Below are positions 36,917 to 48,700 of a DNA stretch of 55,260 nt, one piece after another. Numbering within the stretch: position 1 is the first letter of the stretch; every line of letters starts with the position of its first letter. A model generated the notes under the pieces. It was not told the DNA's origin and made no database searches. It saw only the letters and a program-made list of their open reading frames with translations. This DNA comes from Trichosphaerium sp. ATCC 40318 (Eukaryota; Protista; Tubulinea), in assembly GCA_038496445.1 (NCBI GenBank), contig JALMLS010000004.1:1-55260 (forward strand). The letters run 5' to 3'. The position numbers and the translations under genes were made by a program.

Positions 36917-39900
36917 CTAGGTGTAATAAGGCAAATGAGACTTCTTGCGATTACCACCTTCTCCATAGAGTTCGTTCCACTTTCGTAGCTCTGAAATTGA
37001 TACAGCATCTTCAGAAACAGAAGAACTAACCTCATTCTTGGCTTTTACAAAGTCTGCAAGCGTAAGCGCTCTCATTTCATCACCTTTGTCATCGCTTTTA
37101 TCATCGCTTTTATCAACTCCTTCACCATCAATATCCATGGCACTAACAGAAGAAGACTTATCAGTCTTATCCTTATCTTCGCCTTCTTTACAATCTTTTT
37201 TATCCTTTTTATCAACAACAGGTTCAACCTCTTCTTTGCCCTCCTTCTTTGATGATTTCTTTTCAGTCTTAGAAGCTTCATCCTTAGCTTTTTTGGCTTC
37301 CTTTGCAGCCTTTTTCTTCGCGGCTTCAGCGGCCATCTTTTTAGTCTCCCTCTTCATAATCTCACGAATAGGTTGATAAGCTGCTGCAACACATAAATTA
37401 CGTATATCGCTTCCAGAGTATCCCTACCAAAGACATCAATAAATATGCTCACTATTATATTAAGGTAAGAAAGTCATACCTCTGTCATCTTGGCCAACTC
37501 CTCATAGTCCAAGTCTTTTTCAACAACCTCAGCACGGAGAACAACCTCGAATATCTTTCTTCTATTCTCTATATCTGGTAGATCAACAAGTAACCGACGT
37601 GGCATACGTCGCAATACAGCATCATCAAGATCAAAAGGTCTAAACAACCAATAAATAAATAAAAGTAAAACGCAAAAAAAGGTTACCGATTAGTTGCGCC
37701 CAAAACGAGCACTCGCTCATTTTCTTTTGATTTTAGACCGTCCCACATCATCATAAATTCATTCTTAATTTTGCGCATAGCCTCATGTTCACCTTGCTTA
37801 TCACGACGTCCCAAAATACTATCAATTTCATCGACGAATATAACACAAGGAGATAGCTTTCTAGCAAGCGTAAAAACGGCTCTAGCATACTTTTCACCTT
37901 CGCCAAACCACTTGGAACCTATACTTGCCATAGAAATGGAGATAAAATTCGCTCCAGACTCAGTGGCAACAGCTTAAAAACATAATAAGTTTCCAAAAAT
38001 AACGAAAAATAACATCTAGGACTTACCCTTAGCGAGCATGGTCTTTCCTGTACCAGGTGGTCCGAACATGAGAATACCTTTGCAAGGTTTTGTCAAGTTA
38101 CCACGTCGGAAAAGTTCAGGTCTTTGAAGAGGAAGCATCACAAGCTCCTTAAGTGTAGACTTAACCTTATCCAAAGCGCCTAGAACAAAAGTGAATATTC
38201 CCTCACACAGAGATATAAAGAAACGTTACCTATGTCTGAGAACTTTACTTCAATTTCATTAGGAGGAATGACTTCATTCACTAACTTCTTTTCAAATTCA
38301 TTATCAGTCTCAACATCATAAATGGACTTTTTCTTCTTTTGTGGTTTCTCTTGCTCCAACATTTTCAAAGCGTAATTTACAGAGTCACCTTTGATATTTA
38401 ATCCATCATCGATAACCATATCTTGATCTCCTGCATTCATAACAGTATGAGAAATAGCCCAACCGACAACTTTCTCAAGAGAAGATGTTCCAAGCGTCTA
38501 AGAATAAAAATCAACAAAAAACTCATTCCTCGTTACTATATTGTTCAAAAACGCACCTTCTTGCTTAGATGTTCGTGCTTAGGCTTCGCTGTACAAGAAA
38601 CCTTGGTTCCCTTCAAAATCTTGTGCAATGCCTTTACGTTTTGTCGGTATTTAATCTCAGCCTTATCTCTGTCAATCATTTTATCCCAACGACTTAGTTG
38701 ATCGGCATCTTGTGGAGGGTATATCGTCACACGTGTAGGAAAGAGCTCAGTAACAAGTTTCGAAGTCTTATTAGACTCTCTGTGTCGCTCCTCTAGGCGC
38801 TGAGATATATGATCAAAGAAGGAGAGATCAACAAGAGTAGTATGTGAACTGCTTCCTTTAGAAAACAGGACGTGATATGGTGGTCTCATAGAGCTATCAG
38901 CAGATGTATTTGTGCCAATAACGACTAGTTTCTCATCTTTAATATTCTCCAATGCCCGCTTGAATTGAACATGGCGGTGATTTGGAAGTAGGGTCTTTTC
39001 AATATTCTTGATTAATAGTATACAAGGTTGGTCCTTATTGGCCAAAAGAACAGAGAATAGAGCCTCACTAAGTACATAAATAAGTAAAAAATAAAGGCGA
39101 CAGCGTCCAAGACATTCAGATACGTACATTGCTATACTATCAGCACCTTCTTCAATTTCATCTTCATGTTTGAGTTCAGATTGATCCATAAAGTAACCTC
39201 TTCCACTCTCACATTCTCCACCGAGGTTAACACCACCAGCGAATGGTTTATCAAAACGGACACCAACACGTCGAGGGTCATCAAACGTTAAAACAATTTC
39301 TAAAAGAAGTATTAATTTTTTCGAACGAACTGTTTCAAAAACCACAAAAAAGAAAGGTACGTACTACCGGTAGCTCCAAGAGCAGGGCCAGACTTATCTT
39401 TCTTCTCAGAGATAGAAATTTGTCTTGGAAGTCCAAGAGATGGTGTTTGGCTAGGACCAGTATATTTTACTTTATCACCTAGACAAGAACAGTTAACTTT
39501 TTTGGCCTCAACAAAACGAATTCGTTTGATAAAAAATTACATACCAACTCTAAATGGTCGCGCTTCCATTGCTACCTGAAATAACGCCTCAGCTCTACCA
39601 TCTAGGCTTACTGGAGGGCTTGGCGCTTTTTTTGGCGGAGCTTTACCATCTTGTATAAAAGAGGAAGTCTCCAAAATCAAGAGATTAGCTTTGAAGTGCT
39701 TACCAAGAGCTTTAAACAATTTTTCCTACGGCCAATATTTAATATTTCTACTCCATCAAGATTCATACGAAAAGAAAAACATACTTGATACAAGTCTGTG
39801 CCTGGTTGACCACAAAGCAACAACCGTCTTGATATATTTCCAAGTTCTTTTGTATATTTGACAAAGTCTGGGCGAACAAGGAAGATGTGTAGGGATGTAA

Positions 39901-42147
39901 TGAGTAATTTTTGTAACTGTTCACTAGAGATATTTATAAGCACCAGAAAAAAAAAAGACTTCGATTCAACAAACCTTAAATACTCTGGGAAATCATCAAA
40001 CGAAATGTCAATGTCCTCCCACTTTACCATCTTTTCTTCAAATAATTTAATGTATTCTTTCTTAGCTTTAAGAGCTTCTTTTTTAGCTTTTTCAGCAGCA
40101 ATTTTTCTTTCTTTTGCTGCGTTCTTTAGAGCGGCTTCTTTTTGCTTTTTAGCTTCTTTATCTTCTACCCCGTTACCCTACAAAAATTAGTAAGAATGAA
40201 TCGCCATATTGTAGCTTAATGCGAACAATAAAACAAACGAAAATACTTACCAAGGTTTTCTTCTTACGCATAGACTCAAATATCATATTAGCTGGATCTG
40301 CGCCATCAGCTATAGCATTTCTACGAGGCATATGGTGCATAAATGCCAACGGACCAACACTACTACTAAAACTGTTATTTCAACATGAATTACTTGACAA
40401 AAAAACATACGCTGAAGAAATTGCAAACGCTCTTGCTGGTACATCAGTACGTCCTGATAGAGCTTCTTGTAGGCTTGTAGTATCTAATTAAAATTAGTTC
40501 AACAAATTCGTATGCCTTTCAAGCACTGTAAATTGGATATAGTTGTACAAAGTTCATACCTTTACCAGGTCCTGTTAATTTGAGATTTTCGAAATTCAAG
40601 CCGCCAGGTACAACAGGAGAATCACGTAATGCAGCAGCAGTTACTAAGTTTTTAAAAATGAAGGAATATTGCTTTGACTTTCCATTTATCATAATTTCAT
40701 CGCCATCACGAAGAATGAGTTTAGGTCCCTACAAAAAAAATTAATAATCAACATTATCAAAACGTCACTGCACGTCAAAAAAATCAATCCTATTACATAC
40801 CTTTCTAAGGGGTCTAGAATTAACTTGTAGTACAGCGCTTAAATCTGATACATTCTCTATATGAACGACACCAGAGTGCTAACAAAAAATATAAGTGTCA
40901 TAGAAAATGACGTTTCAAAAAAAAGCAAATAAAAACAAAAAAAAAGAACAATGCATTGCTGTGATAAACGACACGCTTGAGGTTCCTATTGCGCTGCTAC
41001 TATTTATATATTACGCTAAATATCGTACCATGTGAAGTTTACAAAGTGTAGGTGCAATATAAGCATCAGGTAATGTAAAATCGCAGCTTTTGCTTTGACC
41101 AATAGTAAAAGAAGCACCAGCGAGCGGAATAGAAGATTGCTATTAAAAAAAAAGCGTCAGCTATAGTTTTTGTAGAGTAATAATTTATCAAAAAAAAAAA
41201 ATCCTTTCAGGAAGCGGAGTAAATCCCAAATAGTATCAGTTTTTAGTTATTCAAAAAACTTTTGGAACTAACTTTAGTTCAAGTTTTCAGTTTTTCTGTT
41301 CTCTACAAAAAAATAAAACAGGTTGACGTGCGTCTACTAATCCTGGTAATCTTGGAATCAACCGTCCCCAAGGTATTGTTTGTGATGAGTTTGAGTTTTG
41401 TATTGATTCTAACACAGCCATGATGTTATTCTGCAGATTGTGCAATTGATGAACGAGTTCTGGAGTCAGCATTACAACAATGGATAGAAGTAGAGTAAAA
41501 TAAAACGAAAGTTTTCTTTTCAGGCGCCGTTTGGAACAAATTCTTACGTGTAGTACTCGAGGTACATTTTTTTTTCTGTTGTACGCGTATGGAAATAAAG
41601 ATTTTAAAACATTCAATAGTGATTGACGCGTTTAAAAAAATATGTCATGTTGTTGGTGGAATTGAAAACGTAAGGTACCAGGGTCTTTTGCAGCACCCTC
41701 CGCTGACCCAGCGACGGCGGCTTCGCTGTTTTCTGGTTTGTCCACTTCTTTAGCGTCAACGTCCATTTTTTCCGGCTCTTCGTCCATCTAATGGCGTTAA
41801 GTATAACAGAACGAAATACTAGTCGTTCGTTTTTTTTCTTTGACGGCTACCTTTTGTTTTTTGGTTTGTGGTTCATCGTCGGACTCCATGGGGGAGGTTT
41901 CGTTGGAATTACGCTTCCTTTTAACAGATTTAGTTGGCTGTTGCTTCATCTTGCGTTGAGCCTTCTGTCCTGCGCGAGCGGGCGATGATTTACCCCTATG
42001 TTTTTTCTGGGCACCCACGGGTGTCTTGGTGGCGGGTTCATCATTTTTAGAGTCTTTGGTGGGTGTAGTTGACGCCCCGCCTTTGTTTTTAGTCTTTGAA
42101 TGGGATCGTAGCACTCTCCTATTCTTGGAGTTGTTGGGAGCGGACAT
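36917..42147 (-). CDS. Large AAA ATPase with an N-terminal FHA-like domain and an MSP1/ATAD1-like C-terminal AAA module
   Basis: PWGRLI...[12 protein letters not shown]; [11 protein letters not shown]; VGVRFDKP; [18 protein letters not shown]; SKWFGEGEK; IFVDEID; [18 protein letters not shown]; WNELYGEGG. Confidence 0.92.
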
Positions 42148-42377
42148 CGACCTTTTAAATAATTCAACCTACCAACTTAAAAGCTTTACCTTAGTTAGCT
42201 GTCAAAACAATCTGAGAGCTTAAAATTGCTTTGCGTATAAGGCACAAGAGCGTTAGCTGCATTATTACAGTACTTTTGGTTGTTTTGAGAATAGTTAAAA
42301 CGTGACATTTTGACTTACTTCTTGTTAAGTGCCAAAACAGTCTGAAAAATTGATTATTGCATCGGTGTCAAACATAA

Positions 42378-45300
42378 ATGGCGAAGAACGCGGCTTTGCA
42401 GATAAAACTACAGGGAAACCTGTTGTACGGTACTGAAACACAACTTTATTATTATGTGACGCCGTAATAGAGAACGCTGAGTACGACGCCGCACACCGAA
42501 AGTACACTGAAGCTATTCGCAAACTTCCCAATGCTATACTCTACACAAACAGAGCCACAACGCATTTTAAGCTCGGCAGATACCAACAAGCAATTGCTGA
42601 TTGTAACAAGGCCATAAAATTTGATAAAGCCGTATGTGAACGCTCTCTTTCATCTAATACGAACCGCACGTACCATAACATTTTCCTAGCATGCTAAAGC
42701 CTACATGCGCAAAGGTTTGATTTATGAAGAAATGCACAACTATCCAGAAGCCGTGCGTTTGTTATTTTACTGCTGCAGCCGCTCGAGCAATAGCGTCTTG
42801 ACACTTCTTTTTTAAATCAAAGCACTGGCATTTTCGTTAGCTCAAAACGCGTCTATAGATAAAAGCATACCAACAAGGATGCCCTCACGCCAAAGGTGTC
42901 ATAAACAGGTTCCTTCTGGATAGACTGTTAGCTCTAGATTCTAGCTCTAGAACGCGTCGTTTCCAGCATTGGGATAATGTATCTATGAAAGATGAAATCC
43001 AATTCAGTGCGTACTATTTTGGCTTTTTTTGGTTGGTCATCACCTAAAAGTATTATAGAGGGTTCAAGGACGACATTGAAACCAGGTAACACCGATATGA
43101 CACTTGACAACATTTTATATTACTTGGAGAACTCAATTGGTTCGTTATTTTTTGAATAGTTCCATTCATCTTTGATGTTTATGGTTGTGCTAACAGCATG
43201 TTCATATTTATTCCTCGTATCTGATTGATCTAGAATTATCACCACAGACAGCTATTAATGTATGGGCGACTCTTGACACGATGCTAAAAGATGGAGATGT
43301 TGTAAATGATAAGGTTATCGTTGTCGCCTTGAAACAACTTCCACAGAGCCTTAGCACAATACATTACCCCATAGAGACGAAATATATCATGTGCAGAGCA
43401 TTGTATCAGTGCGTACACTTTAGTTTCAAGGGAGCATGTGTCGAACTAATTATGTAAAGCATCGGAGATTTAAATTCTGAGGTAGTTGTTGATGCTGTAA
43501 AGGAAAACAGAGATACATTATTATTTCCTCTATTCGAGACATTCATTGATCTCATTTCACCAGAAGGTATAGCATATCTTGCAAACACTGACGAGTGTCC
43601 CAGTTAACCTGACATTTGATGCTTTTAGGTCTTGGATCTCGTCTGGAAGGGTTTACAGAGTCATTGCTGTTCCTAATGTCGGCACGTGATATTCATTAAA
43701 GTACAGTAATAAAATCTAATCGTTTGTAGATTGCAAGCTCTCCTCTTAATTCAGAGTTTGTAGAGTATGTTGGTCAAATGGTCCATAGATGTTGGAAGTA
43801 CGCTGTGGTCATGAGCGATAACACAACAGAAGAGGTACCTGAAACCTTACAGTATAACTTGTTTTATTAATCTTGTTAGGTTGCTATTGTTTTACAAGCA
43901 GCTATGAAGAACTGTGCGCCTGGTGTAGCAAAGAAAGTTCAAGGCATGTTCATGGAAGATATTACCAAATGGTTGAGAAGCCCTGAAAAGAGACTCAGAG
44001 TGGTATGTTCTTACAAACTTAAAAAATTTTCTAATCCAATTTTAGGAAACAAATTATCTCTTATGTGCTTTATTACATGGCGGCATATGCGATAAACGAC
44101 TGCTAACAGACATATTACCAAAGGCTATAGGTACAAGACTTATATTTAATTGACTAAAGGCGCTTATAATTATTATTAGAGAACATTAAAAAGCCTGTTT
44201 CTGAAGGAGGAAGTGAGTTGGATGTTATAAGGAATTACTGTAAAGCTGCTGTTGGAACTGAACCTGACTTGCTTTATACATTAATTAATGGAGAAGAGTT
44301 TATAAATATTCTAATCAAAGACATCAAGTCTAGGGTATGTGAGAGAGGAAAGCATAGTTGAAGTATTTACGTTTTTTTTTCCCAGATAAGACAAGGATTC
44401 AAAGGTGGACGTATGGACAACTGGTTTAGGATACTGATGGCTCTGTTTAAGATTACTCTACCAAAGCATATACGCTGTACGTTATTGCGGTATGTATTGG
44501 ATGGTATTGTAGTCCACAAGCACTTGGTACTAATTTCCCTTCAAAGAATAGCAGTTGTTGACTTTTAATAGAACTTGCTTGTGGTTCTGTTTAAGATATT
44601 TTCGTATCACACGTACAAGATTGGATTTAAATGGATACGTCAAGTATGGTGTAATGAAACTGACGACGTTTGGAACATGCGTGCCTTGAATATCCTAATT
44701 TGTTGGTAAGCCTTGCTTTGCTGTACTTTTTTTGGTGTTAACCAGTTTGTTTGATTAAGGCTCGAGTTTCATGAAGGTATACATCACTGGCATACGCGAA
44801 AATTGAGTTGTTGTCTATTAATTACAATGATCCAAAATGGATTTCCTCTGATGAACCAGGATGTAACGTTAGATGCTGGTGGTAAGATATACCAAATTGT
44901 TTTCATGATATTGTTCTTTTCTTAGTTTTTTGTTTAGATTGGCCGATATCTTACTATTTTATGGAGCAATTCTTGGACGATTTCAGGGTTAGAACTCTCG
45001 TTCATTTTTTACTTTTTTTTCTTTACGTTTCAACTCACTCGTGCTTTACAGCGTACATTCGACAATGAGGAAGATTTTTACGAATATGATACTGTTATTA
45101 TTGCTAACAGAGTACTACGAAAAGATCCTGACGATTTTGTAAATGGAAGCACACTTCACGTACGTTGGCTTTTCTTTGTCACTCGGAATAGCGACATGAA
45201 ACGCTTGACACAACTCACTAGTCCCTTTGTTATTTTGTTTTGGTATCTTTACATTTTAATTGTTTTTTTAGAATCATTTGGTAGATTTCTTCTATGCAAT

Positions 45301-45418
45301 GAGGACAAATCATCCTAAACGATACACTGATTGGGAAGAATCTCTGGACGATGAGGACAGTGATACATTAAGCTTAATAATTGCTCACACAGATCATTAC
45401 GGGAATAAACACGCTTAA
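42378..45418 (+). CDS. TPR-repeat protein with a long helical C-terminal region
   Basis: KLQGNLLYENAEYDAAHRKYTEAI...LYTNRATTHFKLGRYQQAIADCNKAI...KAYMRKG. Downstream exons splice in frame; the 3' end is less certain. Confidence 0.75.
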
Positions 45419-45766
45419 GATGGTAGATTACTTTTTTTAACTTCACTATTTTCTTACACTGTGAATCCTGCCAGTCAAAGAAGTGCCTCAGCCGTGTTTG
45501 GATGCAATGTTACCTCAATTTCATTAATGCCAAACTTCAGTTTACCTGTCATCTTACGAAATTCCAAGTATTCTGAAAAATACAGCTGGAGATCGTTAGA
45601 GTGTAAGTTCCTGTTTACAGCTGTGAACATTTTTGTGAGCAAACTCTCAGAGTTGATTTTACTTGTTGATCGAAAAGTTTTTGACAAGTTAAGTTTCGTT
45701 AACTTTTCAAATTTCTAGTAAAAAAAAGGAGGCAAAGCGGCCGTTTGGGTGGAGTAATCTCTAATA

Positions 45767-48700
45767 ATGACTACTGTTGAGAAGCTTCTCATTCAAGGCA
45801 TACGTTCTTTCTCACAGAAAGAAGCTGTTATGATACAGTTCTTTAAGCCTCTTACTCTGATCGTTGGTCATAATGGCGCTGGTAAAACGGTACAGACGCT
45901 TTTATTTACGCGTGTAATTAAAAGCATGCTTTTTACAATATTTATCCATCTAAAACCATCCAGACCATTATAGAGTGCTTAAAGTACGTAACCACCGGAG
46001 AGATGCCACCTGATTCACGAAAAGGCCAAAACTTCATCCACGACACAAAGGTACACCGTTGGCTGATCGTTGCTTCATTTTGACGTTTATTACCAAGCTT
46101 GCTGGCGAACGCGAAGTCAAAGCCCTTATAAAATTGCGGTTTAGAACTGTAACAAAGAAGGCGGTTATGGGTACATACTCATCGCATTTAAACCTCCACA
46201 GCATTTTTTTTTGAACCAAAAACTAAAAGTAATTTCCTTCAGTTACACGCCGGTTACAGTTGACACAAAGAGCTACAAAGCAAGAATGTAAAACGCTAGA
46301 ACAATCTTTACAGATGAAAGGCGATAATGGAAAGGTACACTTGCGTAATAACGGCTTTTCTCCCATTTCACTAAAAAATACGTTATCAAGGATGTCGTTA
46401 ATCAATCTTATCGTTGTGTTGATATGGACAAAGCTGTACCTAGCTTGATGGGTGTTTCAAAAGCTATATTACAAAATGTCATATTCTGTCATCAAGAGGA
46501 TTCAAATTGGCCTCTTGCTGATTCAAGTACACTAAAGAAGAAATTTGATGACATATTTGCTTCAACAAGGTAACTCATTTATTTTTCACCTAAAATCACG
46601 CCTTCGTGCCTAACACTAGGACCGCAAACACTATTGGACTACTGCAGTTTCAGGGTGTATATTAACGCGAGCTACATCAACACTGAGAGCAGTAGACTTT
46701 TTTAAAAACCACTTACTTTTTTTTTGACTCATGCGTCTAATCGCTACATTTAGGTATACAAAAGCTCTTGAGCTTATCAGAAAGCAAAGAAAGGAAGTGC
46801 ATCTGTGTGTTAAAGTAACAGCAGCTAAGCTTGAGACAGTTAAAGCAATACGTGATCAAGTTGTTACTTGTAGAAAGCAAAGAGAAGAAACTCAAGCAAA
46901 AATCAAAACACTAATGCAGGTAATTATTTCATAGCGTTTTGTACCAAGCCCTTTTCAATATACACACCCTGACAACATTTGATTTGCTCAAAAACACGTT
47001 AGTATCACATTTACGATATTTTTAATTTATGTGTCTTACCTTGACACTTGTTTCTTTTATCGTTTCTTTAATTTGTGACAGCAGATAAATTAAGTTTGTT
47101 CTTGTTTAGGAAATTGAAGAGATAGAAGATGTTCGTAGAGAGTTGGTGAAGAAAGCAGAGGAGTATGCCACTATACAAAAGAAACTTGGTAAATGGAAGA
47201 ACGCTATTGAGAAGCTAGAGGCTGTCCGTGATGAGAAGATTTCTCAAGTGCGTATTACTTTCTATTTTTTTTGTTTTTTTGGATATTGTTGAGTCTGCCA
47301 CTGCCGTTTTTTCGTTTGAGTCCTCTTGGTTAATATATGATTTTTTCAGGCGAAGCGTATGCAAAAAGCGGATCACTTCTCAAAGATGAATGAATCTAAA
47401 GATAAATTAAAAGAAATGTTGGATGATTTTGAAGGTGGATTAGAAGGGAAAAGAAAGGAAGCTAGTGATGCTGTAGATCTTGTTAAATCTCTTGAAGATA
47501 ATAGTTCTGAATGTGCTAATCAAATTCTACAACTTGTAAAGGACAAGAGTGATTTACAAGCAACTGCAAAGGTTTGTTTGTGGATACAAGTTTTTTTCAC
47601 TTTTTTTTTCTTTCCGAAAAGATTTTTGTGTTTGATTTGTTTCTGACGTTCTGAGTTGTAGCACATAGAAAGTTTGAAAGCTGATAGATCAAAACAAATG
47701 AAAAAATCTATAACAAAGTATCGCTTGGAAAAAAACCTTGCTGAAGCGCAAGCAAAACTTGCTGAACCGTTAGATATAAATTCTCATGAGTATTATGGTA
47801 AGACACTATTTTTTTTTTCTTGTTTTTTTTTTCTAATTCTTGCCAGCCACACTGTTTCAGTCACACCTCTAATACTCTTTCATAGAATTATTCCAAACAT
47901 TGACAGTATCTAAATTGGCTAGTGTCATAAAGCTTTTAGAAGTAAAAAGGGCGCAGAAAGAAGCAGGGATTCAACAAATGGATAAAGCCATTGGTACTTT
48001 TTACAAACCAACTTATATCTTCGAAGAGTTTGACTTACTCTTTACTTTTTCCAGATGAACTTAAAGAAGAGCTTAATGACGCAAAGGCAAAAAGATCTAA
48101 TGCAGTGAACCAAAAAGAACGAAATGAAACTAAACTTAAGTCAGTCATTGATGAAATAGATCAAAAGAAAAAAGCATTTTCTAAATTAAATGAAATGGAG
48201 AAAAAACTTGATAATGAAAAATCTGCTTTTGACCAAGCTTCAAAGTCATGGAATGAAGATAATGAGCGTAAAGTTATTAAATCCCTTGAGAAGCGTAGTA
48301 GAAATCTTGCAGAAAAGCTCAAGGCGTCAAGAAAAACGCTGGCAACTGTTTCAAGTAAGTTTTCTTTTATCAAAAGTTTATCTCATTTTTTGTTAGGTCA
48401 AGCCAGTGCTAGAGCTACGTTAGCTCATTTGCGTAAACGCAAGGCTAAAATGTCCAAGGACTTAAAAACAAGGTAAACTAAAATAAGCTCAAACTTAGAG
48501 CTGATAGAACGCGGCTTGCACAAACTGTTTACTGTCTTTTTTTTGGGTTTTATCGCTCACTCTGTACTAGTGTCCAAAGCAGCACAAAAGACTTCAAAGA
48601 AGAGTTGGGTAGCGTGCCACCTTTAAACAACATGGTTGACAGCGTATCAGAGGTGTTAGAGTAAGTAGTTAAGGTTAACTTGATTGTATTTAATTTTGTT

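Noticed and set aside
34110-37376. Antisense ORFs in the ORF track (e.g. 34447..34638, 37038..37376)
   Set aside because: They are shadow frames opposite real exons.
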